Positions 62,937 to 64,000 of a DNA stretch of 64,000 bases are shown in pieces (the stretch's first letter is position 1; every line of letters begins with the position of its first letter). Origin of the DNA: Candidatus Curtissbacteria bacterium RIFCSPLOWO2_02_41_11 (GTDB taxonomy: Bacteria > Patescibacteriota > Microgenomatia > Curtissbacterales > GWA2-41-24); contig MFBU01000014.1 of the NCBI GenBank assembly GCA_001775055.1, positions 120,535 through 184,534 of the forward strand, given 5' to 3'. The notes beneath the pieces are model-generated. The model was not told where the DNA came from. It did not search any database and saw nothing but the letters and a program-made list of their open reading frames with translations. The translations under genes and the position numbers were made by a program.

Positions 62937-63925
62937 ATTACGGGAGGAAAAATAACATCTACTATTGCGTTTGCAACATCTCTTGACTTTCCTTTCTCGG
63001 GCATCATATGCAAAGACAATCCAGGAGCGCTATTTAATTCACAGACCTTGTAGTCATCCATATTTTTGGAAATATCACTGCATAGGAGATCAATACCCAC
63101 AAAGGGCACATTTAGAGCATTTAATATTGCTTTTGCAAGTTTTTTGTAAGAAAGATGCATACTATCTGTAACATCGTAACAGTTTCCTCCAGTTGAAACA
63201 TTTGAATTCTTTCGCAGAAATACTTTTTGTCCTTTTGTAGGAGTCGCAGAAAAGCTTAAACCCTGTTTCTTAAGATGATTTTTAGAAATATCGTCTATTG
63301 CAATTTTGCATAAACAAGTATTTCTAGGATTCATCCGTCTATAATTTTCTACTTTAATTAGTTTCCTAATTGTGCTTTTTCCGTCACCCGTTATATTCGC
63401 TGGGGTCCTTTCTACTGCGGCGATGAAACCGCTTTGAGTAACAAAAATACGATATTCCTTTGCTTCAAACTGTTTTTCGATGAGGAAATAAGCCGACTGG
63501 TTGTATTTCGATAGGAAAGTAACAATTGCAATTTTGAGATCCCTAACACTGTTAATATCCATAATCACGTTTTCACCATGAGAACTAATAGTTGGTTTCA
63601 CTACAACAGGAAAGCCAATTTCTCTTGCGTAGGTAAGTGCTGTTTTTTTGTAGTCTCCGTCAAAAATCTCGCCAGTATTAACCTTGAACCCTTTACTGCT
63701 TAGAAACTTTTTTGCATAGTATTTATCATCAATAATGATTCCTTTAGTAAAGGGAACCAAATTAGTGTAGATGTCATACAATACTTCCTTGTGTCCCTTG
63801 TAGCTTGCTTGGACGAAGTTTGTTTTTCTAATTGGTTGCAATGCCACGCCTCTTTTTCTCATTGCTTCCAGCAAGAGCCTCGAATTAAATGAATGTTTTT
63901 TAAATAAAACATCAATACTATCCAT
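62933..63925 (-). CDS. ATP-grasp ligase (cyanophycin-synthetase-N-terminal / RimK-like)
   Basis: FPVVVKPTISSHGENVIM (central ATP-binding). RKNSNVSTGGNCYDVTDSMH parallels the CphA NLSTGG.A.DVTD.VH motif. VCELNSAPGL (E-x-N...PG catalytic loop). Confidence 0.6.
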   Translation of the reverse strand: MDSIDVLFKKHSFNSRLLLEAMRKRGVALQPIRKTNFVQASYKGHKEVLYDIYTNLVPFTKGIIIDDKYYAKKFLSSKGFKVNTGEIFDGDYKKTALTYAREIGFPVVVKPTISSHGENVIMDINSVRDLKIAIVTFLSKYNQSAYFLIEKQFEAKEYRIFVTQSGFIAAVERTPANITGDGKSTIRKLIKVENYRRMNPRNTCLCKIAIDDISKNHLKKQGLSFSATPTKGQKVFLRKNSNVSTGGNCYDVTDSMHLSYKKLAKAILNALNVPFVGIDLLCSDISKNMDDYKVCELNSAPGLSLHMMPEKGKSRDVANAIVDVIFPPVI

Positions 63926-64000
63926 AATTTTCCTAAAACGTACGCTTGATTATAGTATAGTCAGGGTTCAATTCAAGAATACATAAAAAATACCCGAAGA

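Noticed and set aside
1-64000. CRISPR arrays, rRNA genes, transposase/integrase genes.
   Set aside because: No regularly spaced direct repeats, no rRNA-like conserved blocks, and no recognisable transposase or integrase motifs (DDE, tyrosine-recombinase R..HxxR..Y) were seen in any ORF. The insertions noted appear integrase-less within this window.

Overview
The window is a low-GC (about 35-40%), gene-dense bacterial segment. Its hallmarks are overlapping start/stop codons, short-form aminoacyl-tRNA synthetases, SecDF, RecJ, MiaA, peptidoglycan D,D-carboxypeptidase and a bacterial RNase P RNA, which together suggest a reduced genome, possibly CPR/Patescibacteria-like.

The left two-thirds is core chromosome:
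- An unusually complete purine-biosynthesis supercluster: purN, purD, a purS-purL fusion, purQ, purM, two archaeal-type purP paralogs, purA, purB, purE, purC, guaA and rdgB.
- Flanking housekeeping genes: miaA, rnpB, secDF, cca, recJ, aspS, gltX, cysS, comM, dacA-like, an LmbE-like deacetylase and an HhH DNA glycosylase.
- A 3.5-kb glycan-metabolism cassette (a GT4 fusion protein plus a GH130 phosphorylase). It sits between two copies of a roughly 365-bp direct repeat of the comM 3' end, a classic comM-targeted insertion.
- Several short GC-rich elements inserted in-frame inside conserved enzymes.

A tRNA-Gln(CUG), followed 145 nt later by a duplicate of its own 3' end, marks the boundary to a right-hand accessory region of about 13.5 kb with noticeably higher GC. 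This region encodes a tightly overlapped 8-gene minus-strand operon: two ATP-grasp ligases, a large HExxH+VWA protein, a MoxR-like AAA+ ATPase, a NadE-like amidotransferase and a novel NMNAT-like/type-I-PRT fusion. It converges on a plus-strand pair consisting of an unknown protein and a radical-SAM-like protein with an atypical Cys motif. I consider this right-hand module the best candidate for an undescribed system. Possibilities are a horizontally acquired NAD-(re)synthesis module coupled to a MoxR/VWA apparatus, a nucleotide-derivative biosynthesis module, or a conflict system.

All functional calls rest on motif recognition by eye. No database searches were run.
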